Counted from the first letter of the stretch, positions 9,529-20,154 are shown. The stretch is DNA of 64,000 nt from an uncultured Nitrososphaeraceae archaeon (GCA_963779615.1 CAVZZA010000001.1:192001-256000); one strand, 5' to 3'. The notes: a model not told the origin generated them from the letters alone. Numbers and translations: made by a program.

Positions 9529-11031
9529 TTATGAAGGATCAAGGATAAGTTTTTCAACAGTCAATTTTAATTCATCCATTTTATTTCTGAGAGAGCCTAT
9601 TCGCTGATTCATCTTTTTTTCATACTCTTCAATCTTTAGGTTTAAAAACAAAATCATCTCTAATTGTTCCTTTTTGTTTGGGGAGCCTTTAGTAACCCTA
9701 TAATTAATAGAATTTTCTGGAGTAACATCCTTGATTAACGAATGAATTTCATCAGCAGTTATACCGTATTTTAAAATACCAGTCTTGATTAACACCTGGG
9801 ATATATCATCAACGTTTAATGAGTTAAGTGGGATATTGCCTTTTTTGACGGCACAATCAACAAGCCCACCAACTAATTTGTGAGAATGTCTAAACGAAAT
9901 TTTTTTGCTTTTGATTATCTGTTCGGCTATATCAAGAGAAATTGCATAGCTCTCAGATGATATTCTATACATTCTTTTTTTGTCAACGGTAAATGTTTTA
10001 ATTATCCCATCTACTATCGAAATCGAATTTTCAACTGTTGATGAAATCTTCCAAACAGAAGGCTTGATTTCCTGCAGGTCTCTGCTGTAACCGGAGGGAA
10101 GTCCTTTCATAATTGAAGAAATGGATTGAAAAACCCCGCTAACCAAACCTGTTTTTCCGCGTATTATTTCCAGCGGATCAGGATTTTTTTTTTGAGGCAT
10201 AACCGAGGAAGAGGAGCTAAACCTATCATCTAAAGATACAAATCCAAACTCAGAAGTAGACCATATAATAAGGTCTTCAGATATTTTACACATATTTAAC
10301 ATGCATATAAGAGAATTCGATGCAAATTCGATAAATGAATCCCGAGAACCCGTTGCATCTATGCTATTGTATACTAAACCAGAAAACCCCAGCATAGAGG
10401 AAACCCTTTCTCGGTCAATATTTATACTGCTACCCCCAATTGCGCATGCACCTAATGGGGAACAATTAATCCTATCATACAGATCAAAAAATCTATCAAA
10501 ATCACGGGTTAGTGAATAGGCATAAGATAACAGATAATGGGAAAAAACCCCCAATTGCGCATGCTGTAAATGTGTGTACATTGGCATGATAGAATCAACA
10601 TTGTCCTCTGCTCGTTTGACTATAGAAGAAATCAAAATGATTAGGTTTTGGCAAATAGCATTTACATCATCTCGTACTTTCATTCGCATATCTAAAACCA
10701 CCTGATCGTTTCTGGATCTAGCAGTGTGCATCTTTCCCCCAGAGTCCATATCAGTCATTTTTATTATGGCTGATTCGACTAACTCATGTATATCTTCAGA
10801 ATCCGAATTTCCAAACTCTTTTAATAGACCAGCATCCTTCAACAAACTATCCATACTCTTTAATATTTTTATCAATTCATTTTTTGATAGCACTCCAGCT
10901 TCATGGAGCATTATGACATGTGCTTGACTACCTATAAGATCATAATAAAGCAGGTTATAGTCATCATATACAGAAGATAAGAAAGAAAGCGTGTGATCAT
11001 CTAAACTTCCTTTGGGCCTTGATCTATACAT
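9529..11031 (-). CDS. argH: argininosuccinate lyase
   Basis: HTARSRNDQV, YTHLQHAQ and SSVMPQKKNPD. Confidence 0.96.
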   Translation of the reverse strand: MYRSRPKGSLDDHTLSFLSSVYDDYNLLYYDLIGSQAHVIMLHEAGVLSKNELIKILKSMDSLLKDAGLLKEFGNSDSEDIHELVESAIIKMTDMDSGGKMHTARSRNDQVVLDMRMKVRDDVNAICQNLIILISSIVKRAEDNVDSIMPMYTHLQHAQLGVFSHYLLSYAYSLTRDFDRFFDLYDRINCSPLGACAIGGSSINIDRERVSSMLGFSGLVYNSIDATGSRDSFIEFASNSLICMLNMCKISEDLIIWSTSEFGFVSLDDRFSSSSSVMPQKKNPDPLEIIRGKTGLVSGVFQSISSIMKGLPSGYSRDLQEIKPSVWKISSTVENSISIVDGIIKTFTVDKKRMYRISSESYAISLDIAEQIIKSKKISFRHSHKLVGGLVDCAVKKGNIPLNSLNVDDISQVLIKTGILKYGITADEIHSLIKDVTPENSINYRVTKGSPNKKEQLEMILFLNLKIEEYEKKMNQRIGSLRNKMDELKLTVEKLILDPS

Positions 11032-11295
11032 AAAAAATTTTTATTCAATTGCCTATATTAATAATATTTAGTGGCTCTGCAAAGTCAAGGATTTAATGGA
11101 AACTTTAGTTGTTTAGGTTAAATGGCCTCTCCAAATAAATACGATTAGTTATTTTGTTTAATTGAACCAACACCGAAGAAAAACAACAATCCAGTTATTT
11201 GCTACTTCCTAATGTGTTCCAAGATAGGAAAATGTCGATTTTAGAGCATTTAACATAAATAATTAATAAATAGGTAAGATAACAATATACAAGGT

Positions 11296-11730
11296 ATGTC
11301 TCAGGATTTGCAACTCGCAAGACGTCAAATATTTGACGAACTCACAAAAATAGTAGATCCAGAAATTGGTGTTTCAATCATGGAATTAGAATTAATAGAT
11401 AAAGTGGACATAGATGATGGGAAAGTGAACGTTGATTTGCACCTTACCAGTCCGTTTTGTCCAGCGGTTTTTGGCTTCAAAATAGCTCAAGATGTAAAAG
11501 ACAATATATATAATGTTGAAGGTATACACGACGTAAAAGTAAATGTAAGCAATCATTTTATGGCAGAGGCAATAAACAAGCAAGTTAATGAAAGCAAGCC
11601 ACCCCAGCAGCAGCAACAGCAGCAGTCTGCGGCGGCGTCAACACCAACAACATCGACAACAGATACATCATCACCACCATCGACAACATCATCTTCGTCT
11701 ACTTCAGATTCAAAGTCAGAAACAGTATAA
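11296..11730 (+). CDS. DUF59 / SufT-like metal-sulfur cluster assembly factor with a Q/S/T-rich tail
   Basis: IVDPEIGVSIMELELI and LTSPFCP. Confidence 0.88.
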   Translation: MSQDLQLARRQIFDELTKIVDPEIGVSIMELELIDKVDIDDGKVNVDLHLTSPFCPAVFGFKIAQDVKDNIYNVEGIHDVKVNVSNHFMAEAINKQVNESKPPQQQQQQQSAAASTPTTSTTDTSSPPSTTSSSSTSDSKSETV

Positions 11731-11866
11731 GAAAAGCAAAATTAATCAAAAAAAAGAGTTTCCAAAATAAAAAACATTTAGAAGACAACTGACAGTTTTA
11801 TCACCAATTATTGCCTTTTTTAAAGTAATTAAACAGTGAAGGAAAAAATCACATTTGTGGTTTTGC

Positions 11867-12649
11867 TTATTCTTTATTTTTTGTCCTCAAGTTTGAAACC
11901 TTTTTCTCGCTTTTTGATAGTCCAAGCATATGGCCTTTAAGGAGTTGTATGCCTAATGCGGGATCAACGCCTTTGGGACACACAGCACTACATGATCCTG
12001 CAAAATGACATCTCCAAATTCCATGCCTCTCATCAATTATATTAAATCTAGATGATTTGTCGTTATCCCTATTATCTGCAACATACCTATAAGCTTGAGA
12101 CAAAGCTTGAGGTCCAGGAAAACTAGAATCAGTCGCCACAGTAGGACAGGCAGAATAACAAAGGCCACACTTTATACAATACGAAAATTGGAGATAATCC
12201 TCCAATTCCTCCGGGGTTTGTTCGAATTCAACAAGTTCGTCCTTTTCGTCAATATCAAGTGAAACTTTATCGTTATGAACAAAAGGCTCCATTTTTTTAT
12301 GGTGGTTAAAAAATTGAGAAAAATCAGTAACTAAATCCCTTATTCTAGGGAAATTAGATAAAGGCTCACAAACTATAACGTCGTCATTTAACTCAGATAT
12401 TTTCGTGTAACAAGCTAATCGGGGTCTACCATTTATTTTCATCCCGCAGGATCCACAAGAAGCCATTCTACAGGAATAACGTATCCCTACGCTGCTATCA
12501 GAGTATTTTTTTACATGCAACAAGGCATCCAAAACTGTTGTCCAACGGTTAACAGAAACCTCAAACTTATCATAAGATGGAGAGTCATTTTTGTTGTAAT
12601 TTGTTCGATATATTTTTAAAATAACTTTTTTATTTTGCTCTTCACTCAT
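11867..12649 (-). CDS. sdhB: succinate dehydrogenase iron-sulfur subunit
   Basis: SCRMASCGSC, CIKCGLCYSAC and CHFAGSCSAVCP. Confidence 0.96.
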   Translation of the reverse strand: MSEEQNKKVILKIYRTNYNKNDSPSYDKFEVSVNRWTTVLDALLHVKKYSDSSVGIRYSCRMASCGSCGMKINGRPRLACYTKISELNDDVIVCEPLSNFPRIRDLVTDFSQFFNHHKKMEPFVHNDKVSLDIDEKDELVEFEQTPEELEDYLQFSYCIKCGLCYSACPTVATDSSFPGPQALSQAYRYVADNRDNDKSSRFNIIDERHGIWRCHFAGSCSAVCPKGVDPALGIQLLKGHMLGLSKSEKKVSNLRTKNKE

Positions 12650-12736
12650 AACTACACACCTAAAATATACATCTATTCAATTCAGGATTAATTATTAATA
12701 TCCATCAATCTATGCACGCAACCCTCATCAACCATA

Positions 12737-13090
12737 TCACAATCCACCCGCAATAACAATCGTTCTAGTACCATATGCTATTACACCAATCATCGATATT
12801 AATACCAATATAGTTACCGTGGACTCCCACCAAGGAGTTTGCCTGAGTTCTAACAAAATAACTCTCAGTCCATTGAAACCATGGATAGAAATCAATATCA
12901 GAATGGACTCTAATAGCAGAACATAAAATATATTATGATAATTAGCTATTACATTTGGATAGGCCAAGCTCTGGCCAAATGGCATAATAAGTCTAAATAA
13001 AATATGGACAGCAACAGCAAATAAAGCCGCAATTGCAGTCAAATAGTGAATTTTCATTATTTGACTTTCCCGTATTCTTAACAACGCCAT
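12737..13090 (-). CDS. sdhD: succinate dehydrogenase membrane anchor
   Basis: Three TM helices, HGFNGLRVILLE, position in the sdh cluster. Confidence 0.85.
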   Translation of the reverse strand: MALLRIRESQIMKIHYLTAIAALFAVAVHILFRLIMPFGQSLAYPNVIANYHNIFYVLLLESILILISIHGFNGLRVILLELRQTPWWESTVTILVLISMIGVIAYGTRTIVIAGGL

Positions 13091-13178
13091 ACTATAATTT
13101 ACCCCTACAAGGGTTTTTTAAACTACCGCTAACATACATGTACATTTTTTATCATCTATTCCTTCTTTACCTTCGTTC

Positions 13179-13646
13179 TTATCCACCTTCGCCAAATAAA
13201 ACCATACCGCCATATAACATTGCAATGCATGCTAAGAGTATAGCAACCCAAATACCTGATTTTTGTTTGTAATTTAAAGACGCCGCCTTGTATGGATAAT
13301 CCGGTCTTCCGGGTTTTCCCAAACCTTTCCCAGACTCTGTAAAAATAAGGCGTATTCCATTAACGGTATGAAAAGTACTTGCGCCTATAACAAACAGTAG
13401 AAAGATGTGGCCGCCAAGAGTTTGAGTTAATGCCAACATGCTATTCCATGCATCAATACCATTTGTGAGCGAGCTGGTTTCATAAACATGACCAATAAAA
13501 TAAATTAATAATCCCAAACCAGTTAAACGTTGAAGCCAGTAAGATACTCTTTCCCATCCATATCGTGTGGGGTTAAGCCAGCCTCCTATACCTTCACGTC
13601 CAGAATCCATCTTTGCGTTGTCTTTATTATTAGATACAATACCCAA
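13179..13646 (-). CDS. sdhC: succinate dehydrogenase cytochrome b subunit
   Basis: LQRLTGLGL...H, FHTVNGIR, position in the sdh cluster. Confidence 0.88.
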   Translation of the reverse strand: MGIVSNNKDNAKMDSGREGIGGWLNPTRYGWERVSYWLQRLTGLGLLIYFIGHVYETSSLTNGIDAWNSMLALTQTLGGHIFLLFVIGASTFHTVNGIRLIFTESGKGLGKPGRPDYPYKAASLNYKQKSGIWVAILLACIAMLYGGMVLFGEGG

Positions 13647-15365
13647 CTAAAATTTTCTCTCCGCAGGTGCATAACGAGTAAAAGTAACCGGATGCCAATT
13701 CATTTTTGGTTCACCATCGTCTTGATAATACGCAAGTGTGTGTTTTAAAAAGTTATTATCATCACGGTCTTTATAATCTATTCGCGCATGAGCTCCCCTG
13801 GATTCACGTCTGTTTAGTGCACCCAACAACACAACCTCGGCGACCCTTAACATAGAATCAATTTCCATCACATTGATGAAATTAGTGTTGTACTCTTTGG
13901 CTTGATCGTCAACGTGTTTCCAGGATAAAGACTGCAGATGGCGTATTTTTTTTAACCCTTCAACAAGTCCAGCCTCAGTTCTATAAACATATGCTTTTTC
14001 ATCCATTGTATCAGTAAGTTCTTTTCCAACCTCGTATGGGTTTACATCTCCCCGTCCTCTAAAAATCCCATCAAATATCCTTTTTTCCTCTCGGGAAATC
14101 TGTTGGTTATCGACATTGAGTGAATTGCTTTTTTGTTTAATCGAATAGTTGGCAGCTAACTCACCAGTAATGGCACCCCAAACTAAACATTCCGAAGTTG
14201 AATTTGCGCCCAATCTGTTGGCACCATGTAAACTATTACAAGCAGCCTCTCCTGCGACCCACAGGCCTTTAAATTCTGTAGCACCATCAAAATTTGAATG
14301 GATTCCACCCATCATATAGTGGCATACAGGTCTTATTTCAATCGGCTCGTCTATTATATCGACACCAGAAAACTTTATACCGATTTCTCGAATTCCTGCC
14401 AATTTTTCTTTAATTCTTTCTTCCCCAAGATGTCTCAAATCCAATTTAAGGCAATCAGCTCCTGATGCGTGTTTAAATCCCCTACCGGCTTGAATTTCGG
14501 TTATCATGGAACGGGAAACAACATCTCTAGGAGCCAACTCCAATTTTCCAGGTGCATATTTCATCATGAAACGCTCTCCTGTAGAATTGACAAGATAGCC
14601 ACCTTCTCCCCTGGCCCCTTCAGTAATCAATATCCCCGAGGGCAAAATTCCAGTGGGATGAAATTGAACAAACTCCATATCTTTTAAAGCCAATCCAGCT
14701 CTGTAGCCAATATCCAATCCATCAGGAGTGGAAGAATATGCATAAGTAGAAAAGCTATAAATCCTTCCGGCACCTCCCGTACAGATTATCCCAGATGGGG
14801 CAACCACATTAGCGAAATGGCCATTTTTAATTTCAATACAAGTAAAACCTTGAAAAGTGTCACCGCTATGAAGTATAGAAGTACAAAACCACTCATTAAA
14901 GAAAATAATATTATCGTATTTAAGACAAGTATCGTACAGAGTTTGCATTTCATAAAAACCAACTCTATCTTCAGCAAAAGTTGCCCTAGGAAAAGAATAA
15001 CCACCGAATCTTCTTTGATCAATTCTGCCGTTTTCTTTTCTAGACCATGGCATTCCCCAGCGATCCAATTGAATGATTTCGTGAGGAATCTTATTTACAA
15101 GCCTTTCGGCTACGTCCTGGTCAGCCAGGTAATCACTTCCTTTAATAGTGTCATAAATATGTGATTCCAAATTGTCACCCTCGTTTTCATAAAGTACAGC
15201 AGCGGTACCTCCTTCCGCAGAGACCGAATGAGAACGCATGACCTGGACTTTAGAAATGACTGCGATTTTCAGGCTTTTATTTTTTGATGCGGCGGATATA
15301 GCCGCACGTAATCCTGCCAATCCAGAACCAACAATAATAACATCATATGAAAGAGTCTCGGTCAA
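13647..15365 (-). CDS. sdhA: succinate dehydrogenase flavoprotein
   Basis: GSGLAG, RSHSVSAEGG, EFVQFHPT, HGANRLGANS and ESRGAH. Confidence 0.97.
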   Translation of the reverse strand: MTETLSYDVIIVGSGLAGLRAAISAASKNKSLKIAVISKVQVMRSHSVSAEGGTAAVLYENEGDNLESHIYDTIKGSDYLADQDVAERLVNKIPHEIIQLDRWGMPWSRKENGRIDQRRFGGYSFPRATFAEDRVGFYEMQTLYDTCLKYDNIIFFNEWFCTSILHSGDTFQGFTCIEIKNGHFANVVAPSGIICTGGAGRIYSFSTYAYSSTPDGLDIGYRAGLALKDMEFVQFHPTGILPSGILITEGARGEGGYLVNSTGERFMMKYAPGKLELAPRDVVSRSMITEIQAGRGFKHASGADCLKLDLRHLGEERIKEKLAGIREIGIKFSGVDIIDEPIEIRPVCHYMMGGIHSNFDGATEFKGLWVAGEAACNSLHGANRLGANSTSECLVWGAITGELAANYSIKQKSNSLNVDNQQISREEKRIFDGIFRGRGDVNPYEVGKELTDTMDEKAYVYRTEAGLVEGLKKIRHLQSLSWKHVDDQAKEYNTNFINVMEIDSMLRVAEVVLLGALNRRESRGAHARIDYKDRDDNNFLKHTLAYYQDDGEPKMNWHPVTFTRYAPAERKF

Positions 15366-15531
15366 ATATTTTATCTCACTTAAATATCAATATTGCAATA
15401 ATAAATTCTTTCCAATTACCAATTATAAATCATCATGCTGCATAGTATATTATAACTACGGATTTTAAAATGAGAGTATCAAAAAACAGAACAAGAATCT
15501 AAATTCGGTGGATACATATTTACTGCGTAAA

Positions 15532-15885
15532 CTACTGATTTTTTTGTAACAGGTTTTCCAAGCCATTTTCACCCACAGCGCCCACAGCTCTATCAAGGGG
15601 TTGCCCATCCACAAATATCACAAATGTGGGTATGGCATATACATCAAAACGCATAGCTATAGATTGATTGTCATCTACATTTAATCTCCCAAATTTTACC
15701 TTATCGCCATATTTTTTAAACAGCTTATCAAAAATAGGAAGCATGAACTGGCAGGGACCACACCATGTAGCCCAAAAATCAACTAAAACAAATTTGTTAT
15801 CGGATAATATATTTTCAAAGTTTTTTTCAGATAATTCTATAATGGCACCACTACCAATGTTTGGTGAACTAGATTCATTACTCAT
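15532..15885 (-). CDS. trxA: thioredoxin
   Basis: DFWATWCGPC. Confidence 0.95.
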   Translation of the reverse strand: MSNESSSPNIGSGAIIELSEKNFENILSDNKFVLVDFWATWCGPCQFMLPIFDKLFKKYGDKVKFGRLNVDDNQSIAMRFDVYAIPTFVIFVDGQPLDRAVGAVGENGLENLLQKNQ

Positions 15886-15930
15886 TTTAGCATAACATAT
15901 ACCGATAATTGATATATAAGACTTTTTAAA

Positions 15931-16152
15931 CTAGCGGCCCTGCAATTTACGGGAATGTCTTTTTTCTCTACCCGTAAGAGTAGTGTTTTCCAACAAAACA
16001 ACAATCAATGATTTTTGTATTGATTTAGGATTGGATGTGAGGAGGGAAAGACCAATTTAACAAAATTAACTGGTTATTTTGAGTACATGACAAACAAACT
16101 GACTTCAATTGAAAACAATTCAATAAATATTAGGCGAACGCAGCCCGTTTAG
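15931..16152. ncRNA. candidate structured non-coding RNA (unknown family)
   Basis: GC-rich complementary ends CTAGCGGCCCTGC / GCAGCCCGTTTAG enclose five hairpins; no ORF of 60 aa or more. Confidence 0.4.
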
Positions 16153-16171
16153 CGTATATAGTTTAATAACA

Positions 16172-16621
16172 CTACAAATCAACGATGTATTCTATAACAA
16201 ATTCATCTGTATTGTGGTCATGAGATATTTTCATCTGGTGATAAGTTATCCCTTTGATTTCAACGTTAAATTCATGTTTTTCAAAATTAACAAAATCACC
16301 TTCTCCATAGCCTTCTATAAGGTATTTGTCTAATTCTTTATTTAGATAAAGAGTGATTTTAAATTCTGTTAAAACAATTTTATCTATTAGTATTAATAAC
16401 AATATTTTTTCCAGCCAGTTGTATAATAAACTTTCCAGATCAAAACCTTCAGCAGAAAGAGGGATTTTTTGTTTTTTTTCAATTTTATCTGCATCATACA
16501 TTATACTAACAAGTCCTTTAGCTGAATACTGAAATGAATCCGCCAAAGTTTTTCCCCTACAGCGTATATACGCATCAGTCATATGATCCAAATATTCAAC
16601 ATTATCAAGAATCATATACAC
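16172..16621 (-). CDS. archease
   Basis: EYLDHMTDAYI, EIKGITYH and C-terminal YIVDL. Confidence 0.93.
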   Translation of the reverse strand: MYMILDNVEYLDHMTDAYIRCRGKTLADSFQYSAKGLVSIMYDADKIEKKQKIPLSAEGFDLESLLYNWLEKILLLILIDKIVLTEFKITLYLNKELDKYLIEGYGEGDFVNFEKHEFNVEIKGITYHQMKISHDHNTDEFVIEYIVDL

Positions 16622-16712
16622 ATGTAATCAAGGGGCATTATAACTATAGTTATAGTTATAGTTATAGTTAACCGGAAAATCTAAATTAAAAAAAATCAAC
16701 TGTTCAATAATA

Positions 16713-18023
16713 ATGAAGTTTGATTTGCCTAGGGGAATGAGGGATATAGAAACAGAAGAGTATGAAAATATTAATCTGATCAAAAATGCTTTTTTTGAAT
16801 CAGCTAAAATTTTTAATTTCAAAATAATGGAACCATCGCCATTAGAATTACTGTCAACATTAGAATCTAAATCAGGCTCAGGAATAATTAATGAAATTTA
16901 CAGTTTTATAGACAAAGGAAATAGAAAGGTGGCCCTTCGATTTGATTTAACCATAGGACTGACAAGGTTTTTTGTCTCCAGGCGGGACTTGAAGATACCA
17001 GCAAAAATCGCATCATTCGGAGGAGTTTGGAGATATGATGAACCGCAATCTGGAAGGTACCGATTTTTTCATCAATGGGACATTGAAATTTATGGTCCAA
17101 ATAGCTTGGAATCAGATACAGAAATAATTGAATTTACATCAGTTTTTCTAAATAAACTGGGCCTCAAAAACATAATTATCGATATCAATAGTAGAGAATT
17201 ACTTGAAGAATACATTAAAAACAACTTAAACATCACAGGAGAAGAAACATTATTTGAAATATTCAGAGCAATAGACAAAGTGCCCAAAAAGGGAAGAAAC
17301 ATGGTTTTAAAGGAATATGAAGAAACGATTGACGATAAAGTTTTAGAAAAGGCCATGATCTTTGCAGAAAAAAAAGGGAGTTATGAAGAAATAAACCGGT
17401 TTATAGAACCATTAAAGTTAAAGTCATGGGAAAGTATTAAAAAAGTTGTCCAATCACTATTAAACAGAAAAGTAAACAACATTAGAATAAATTTGGGCAT
17501 TGTAAGGGGTCTGGATTATTATTCAGGAATTGTTTTTGAAGCAGTAGATGATGAAAGTAATTTGGGATCACTAGTGGGTGGGGGCAGATACAACAAACTT
17601 ACAGAGACCTTTGGGAGAAAAGACATGGGGGCAACTGGTGCCGCAGGAGGGGTTGAAAGAATCATTCTAGCAATGAAAAAATACGGAATAATAAAAGAAA
17701 AAAATACAGAGGATTTGACATTTATAGTTTATAATTCTCCCGAAATGGCACCCATGGTCGAAAGATTGGCTTCAATTTTAAGGAAAAAAAACAAACCAGT
17801 AGACTATGATTTATTAGGTAGATCTTTTTCTAAGCAAATTATTGATGCAGAGAATAAAAAAGTTAAAAACACCGTTATTTTTAACTCAGAGGAAGTGAAA
17901 AAAAGCGGAAACATCATTTTGATAAACAATCCAGATCAAAATGAAAAAAAAATAAGCATTGTTAAAAGTTTTGATGAATTACTTGATGAATTACAGAAGA
18001 CGGATTTAAACACAATAAATTGA
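16713..18023 (+). CDS. hisS: histidyl-tRNA synthetase
   Basis: PRGMRD, WRYDEPQSGRYRFFHQ, VRGLDYYSG and GGGRY. Confidence 0.96.
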   Translation: MKFDLPRGMRDIETEEYENINLIKNAFFESAKIFNFKIMEPSPLELLSTLESKSGSGIINEIYSFIDKGNRKVALRFDLTIGLTRFFVSRRDLKIPAKIASFGGVWRYDEPQSGRYRFFHQWDIEIYGPNSLESDTEIIEFTSVFLNKLGLKNIIIDINSRELLEEYIKNNLNITGEETLFEIFRAIDKVPKKGRNMVLKEYEETIDDKVLEKAMIFAEKKGSYEEINRFIEPLKLKSWESIKKVVQSLLNRKVNNIRINLGIVRGLDYYSGIVFEAVDDESNLGSLVGGGRYNKLTETFGRKDMGATGAAGGVERIILAMKKYGIIKEKNTEDLTFIVYNSPEMAPMVERLASILRKKNKPVDYDLLGRSFSKQIIDAENKKVKNTVIFNSEEVKKSGNIILINNPDQNEKKISIVKSFDELLDELQKTDLNTIN

Positions 18024-18044
18024 TTAATTGAAAATTTGGGTCTG

Positions 18045-18323
18045 TTAGCCAAGTTTTACAGTTTTGATGCTTTTCATTTTAATAAAACCACTAGGGGTTT
18101 TGGCATAAACTTTTCTAATTATCAAATCCGGAGGGTCATAACTTATGTATAAATCCCCCTCGTTTAATTCTTGAACATTGTAATTAATTTCAATCAAATC
18201 CTCTGCAACCCCATTTTCTTTTAATTTCAATTTTGCCTTTTCAATTAACTCATCATCAGAAGTATTAGGGGCAAAAAAGATTCTCCCCATTAAATTAAAG
18301 TCAATCACCGGTACCATGTACAA
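18045..18323 (-). CDS. hypothetical protein
   Basis: 92-aa ORF downstream of infB, co-oriented, protein-like composition. Confidence 0.65.
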   Translation of the reverse strand: MYMVPVIDFNLMGRIFFAPNTSDDELIEKAKLKLKENGVAEDLIEINYNVQELNEGDLYISYDPPDLIIRKVYAKTPSGFIKMKSIKTVKLG

Positions 18324-18369
18324 AAATTAAAAACCATATAAATATCACGGTTAGGTAGCAGAATGATTT

Positions 18370-20154
18370 TTACAAATACCCAAAAGATGGATCAGAACTC
18401 CTTCGTAATGTGACAATATGGTCCAACACAGCTTTTTCTTCTTCATTTAACTTATGACTAAACCGTCCAAGTAGCATTTTTGCTTGTCTGCTATTCAGAT
18501 AGGTATAGAACACATCACCTTCATTAAGTTGGCGTCCAATCTGGGGGCCATTAATGGATACAGCAACCTGCATACCTTTTGTAGCTTCATCTATAGTCTT
18601 TCCCTTATCCTGAATTTGATGTATAACTCCAACTTTTTTTCCCGCAATGTTCATTATGGCCATCTTTTGTTTTATTTTACCAATGCTTATTTCTGATCCA
18701 AATACAGCAGGATCACTTCGTCTAAAAACATAACCTTTCATGAATTCAAATGTACAAATTGGTGGAATTTCATTAAATAAAATAGACTCCTCATGTTCTC
18801 TTTGATAGGAGACCCAATCCACATAGTTGCGCACAAGATTATAAATAATTTTTTCATTAAAGATCTTTATGCCCCGTTCAAAAGATTCCTTTTCCGCATC
18901 TTCTAAAACTTTCACATTAAAACCAAGAATCACTCCCAAATAGCGATCTTTATCTTTAACAGCAGAAGCAGTCATTACATCCCTTCTACTTATTTGCCCA
19001 ATATCAGAAGATCTTATTGGAATTTTATCTCTTTTTAACATTTCAGAGATTGCTTCTATGGACCCAATCGTATCACATCTTAAAATGACTCCATTTGAGT
19101 CGGTATTAACAATAACAGATTTAACTTCAGATTCCACAATTTTTTTTATTTCATTTTCATTATCCTTTGATGAAATTCCATACAATGGGCTTCCAGCTAT
19201 GACACCCTCCAAATCGGGAGAGGTTATTTTTAATCCCGCAGCAGAAACCACCATATCAACGTGCATAAATTTATCTCGGGGATCACGCATTTCATCAAGG
19301 GGTTTTGGTAAAAGTAGTGATTTAACCTTGGTCACCACTGCAGAATCTCGTTTTGCAACAACTATAAAATCGCCCTGTTTAATAATTCCATCTAAAAGGA
19401 TTATATTGGCAGAAGGCCCAAGGCCGATCTCCTCTTTAACCTCCAATATTATACCACGGGCGGACCCTTCATGTCGTTCCAATTTTTTAGTCATATATTG
19501 CTGGGTTAACCCAACCAAAACTGTTAAAAGTTCAGGAATGCCTACACCACTAACCGCACTAACAGGCACCAAAGCTACTTCCTTTGCGAAGTCTTTAACC
19601 CGCCAAAATGCCTCAGAACTAAATCCCAATTCGGAGAGAGAGCCCAAAACACTATAAATCTTATTATCAAGATCAAGTTGAATCTCGTTTGGCTGAATTT
19701 TTATTTCTTCAGTTATAAAATCAGTCTTTCCATTTCTCCATCCAGTTATACGGTCAACTTTATTTATTGCAACCACAAATGGCACCTTCCTTTTTTTTAA
19801 AATATTAATACTCTCAATAGTTTGAGGTTCAAATCCTTTATTCACATCAACAACAACTATTGCTATATCTGCAGCAGATCCCCCACGCATCCTCAAATTG
19901 GCAAAAACTTCATGGCCAGGGGTATCAATGACCAGCAGTCCAGGTATAGAATGAGCATGGGATGAAATTTTTTTAAATAAAGGCCCAGTCAACTTTTTAA
20001 TAATGTCTATTGGAAAAAAACTAGCTCCAATATGCTGTGTAATACCACCTGCTTCATGTGACTGGACAAAGGTGCCCCGGATTTTGTCCAATAAAGAAGT
20101 TTTGCCAGAGTCTACATGACCTAGAACTACTACTACTGGTTGGCGCAGATGCAC
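18370..20154 (-). CDS. infB: translation initiation factor aIF5B (IF-2)
   Basis: GHVDSGKT, GGITQHIGA, DTPGH and NKVD. Confidence 0.97.
   Translation of the reverse strand: MHLRQPVVVVLGHVDSGKTSLLDKIRGTFVQSHEAGGITQHIGASFFPIDIIKKLTGPLFKKISSHAHSIPGLLVIDTPGHEVFANLRMRGGSAADIAIVVVDVNKGFEPQTIESINILKKRKVPFVVAINKVDRITGWRNGKTDFITEEIKIQPNEIQLDLDNKIYSVLGSLSELGFSSEAFWRVKDFAKEVALVPVSAVSGVGIPELLTVLVGLTQQYMTKKLERHEGSARGIILEVKEEIGLGPSANIILLDGIIKQGDFIVVAKRDSAVVTKVKSLLLPKPLDEMRDPRDKFMHVDMVVSAAGLKITSPDLEGVIAGSPLYGISSKDNENEIKKIVESEVKSVIVNTDSNGVILRCDTIGSIEAISEMLKRDKIPIRSSDIGQISRRDVMTASAVKDKDRYLGVILGFNVKVLEDAEKESFERGIKIFNEKIIYNLVRNYVDWVSYQREHEESILFNEIPPICTFEFMKGYVFRRSDPAVFGSEISIGKIKQKMAIMNIAGKKVGVIHQIQDKGKTIDEATKGMQVAVSINGPQIGRQLNEGDVFYTYLNSRQAKMLLGRFSHKLNEEEKAVLDHIVTLRRSSDPSFGYL

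Noticed and set aside
15944-16146. Group I intron resemblance (AATTTACGGGAA and GAACGCAGCC look like P/Q elements)
   Set aside because: No R/S core elements and no interrupted host gene could be found.
19058-19657. 199-aa + strand ORF
   Set aside because: Antisense shadow of infB; similar shadows over other core genes were also dismissed.
18370-20154. Intein in aIF5B
   Set aside because: Length is normal (594 aa) with no insertion near the G motifs.
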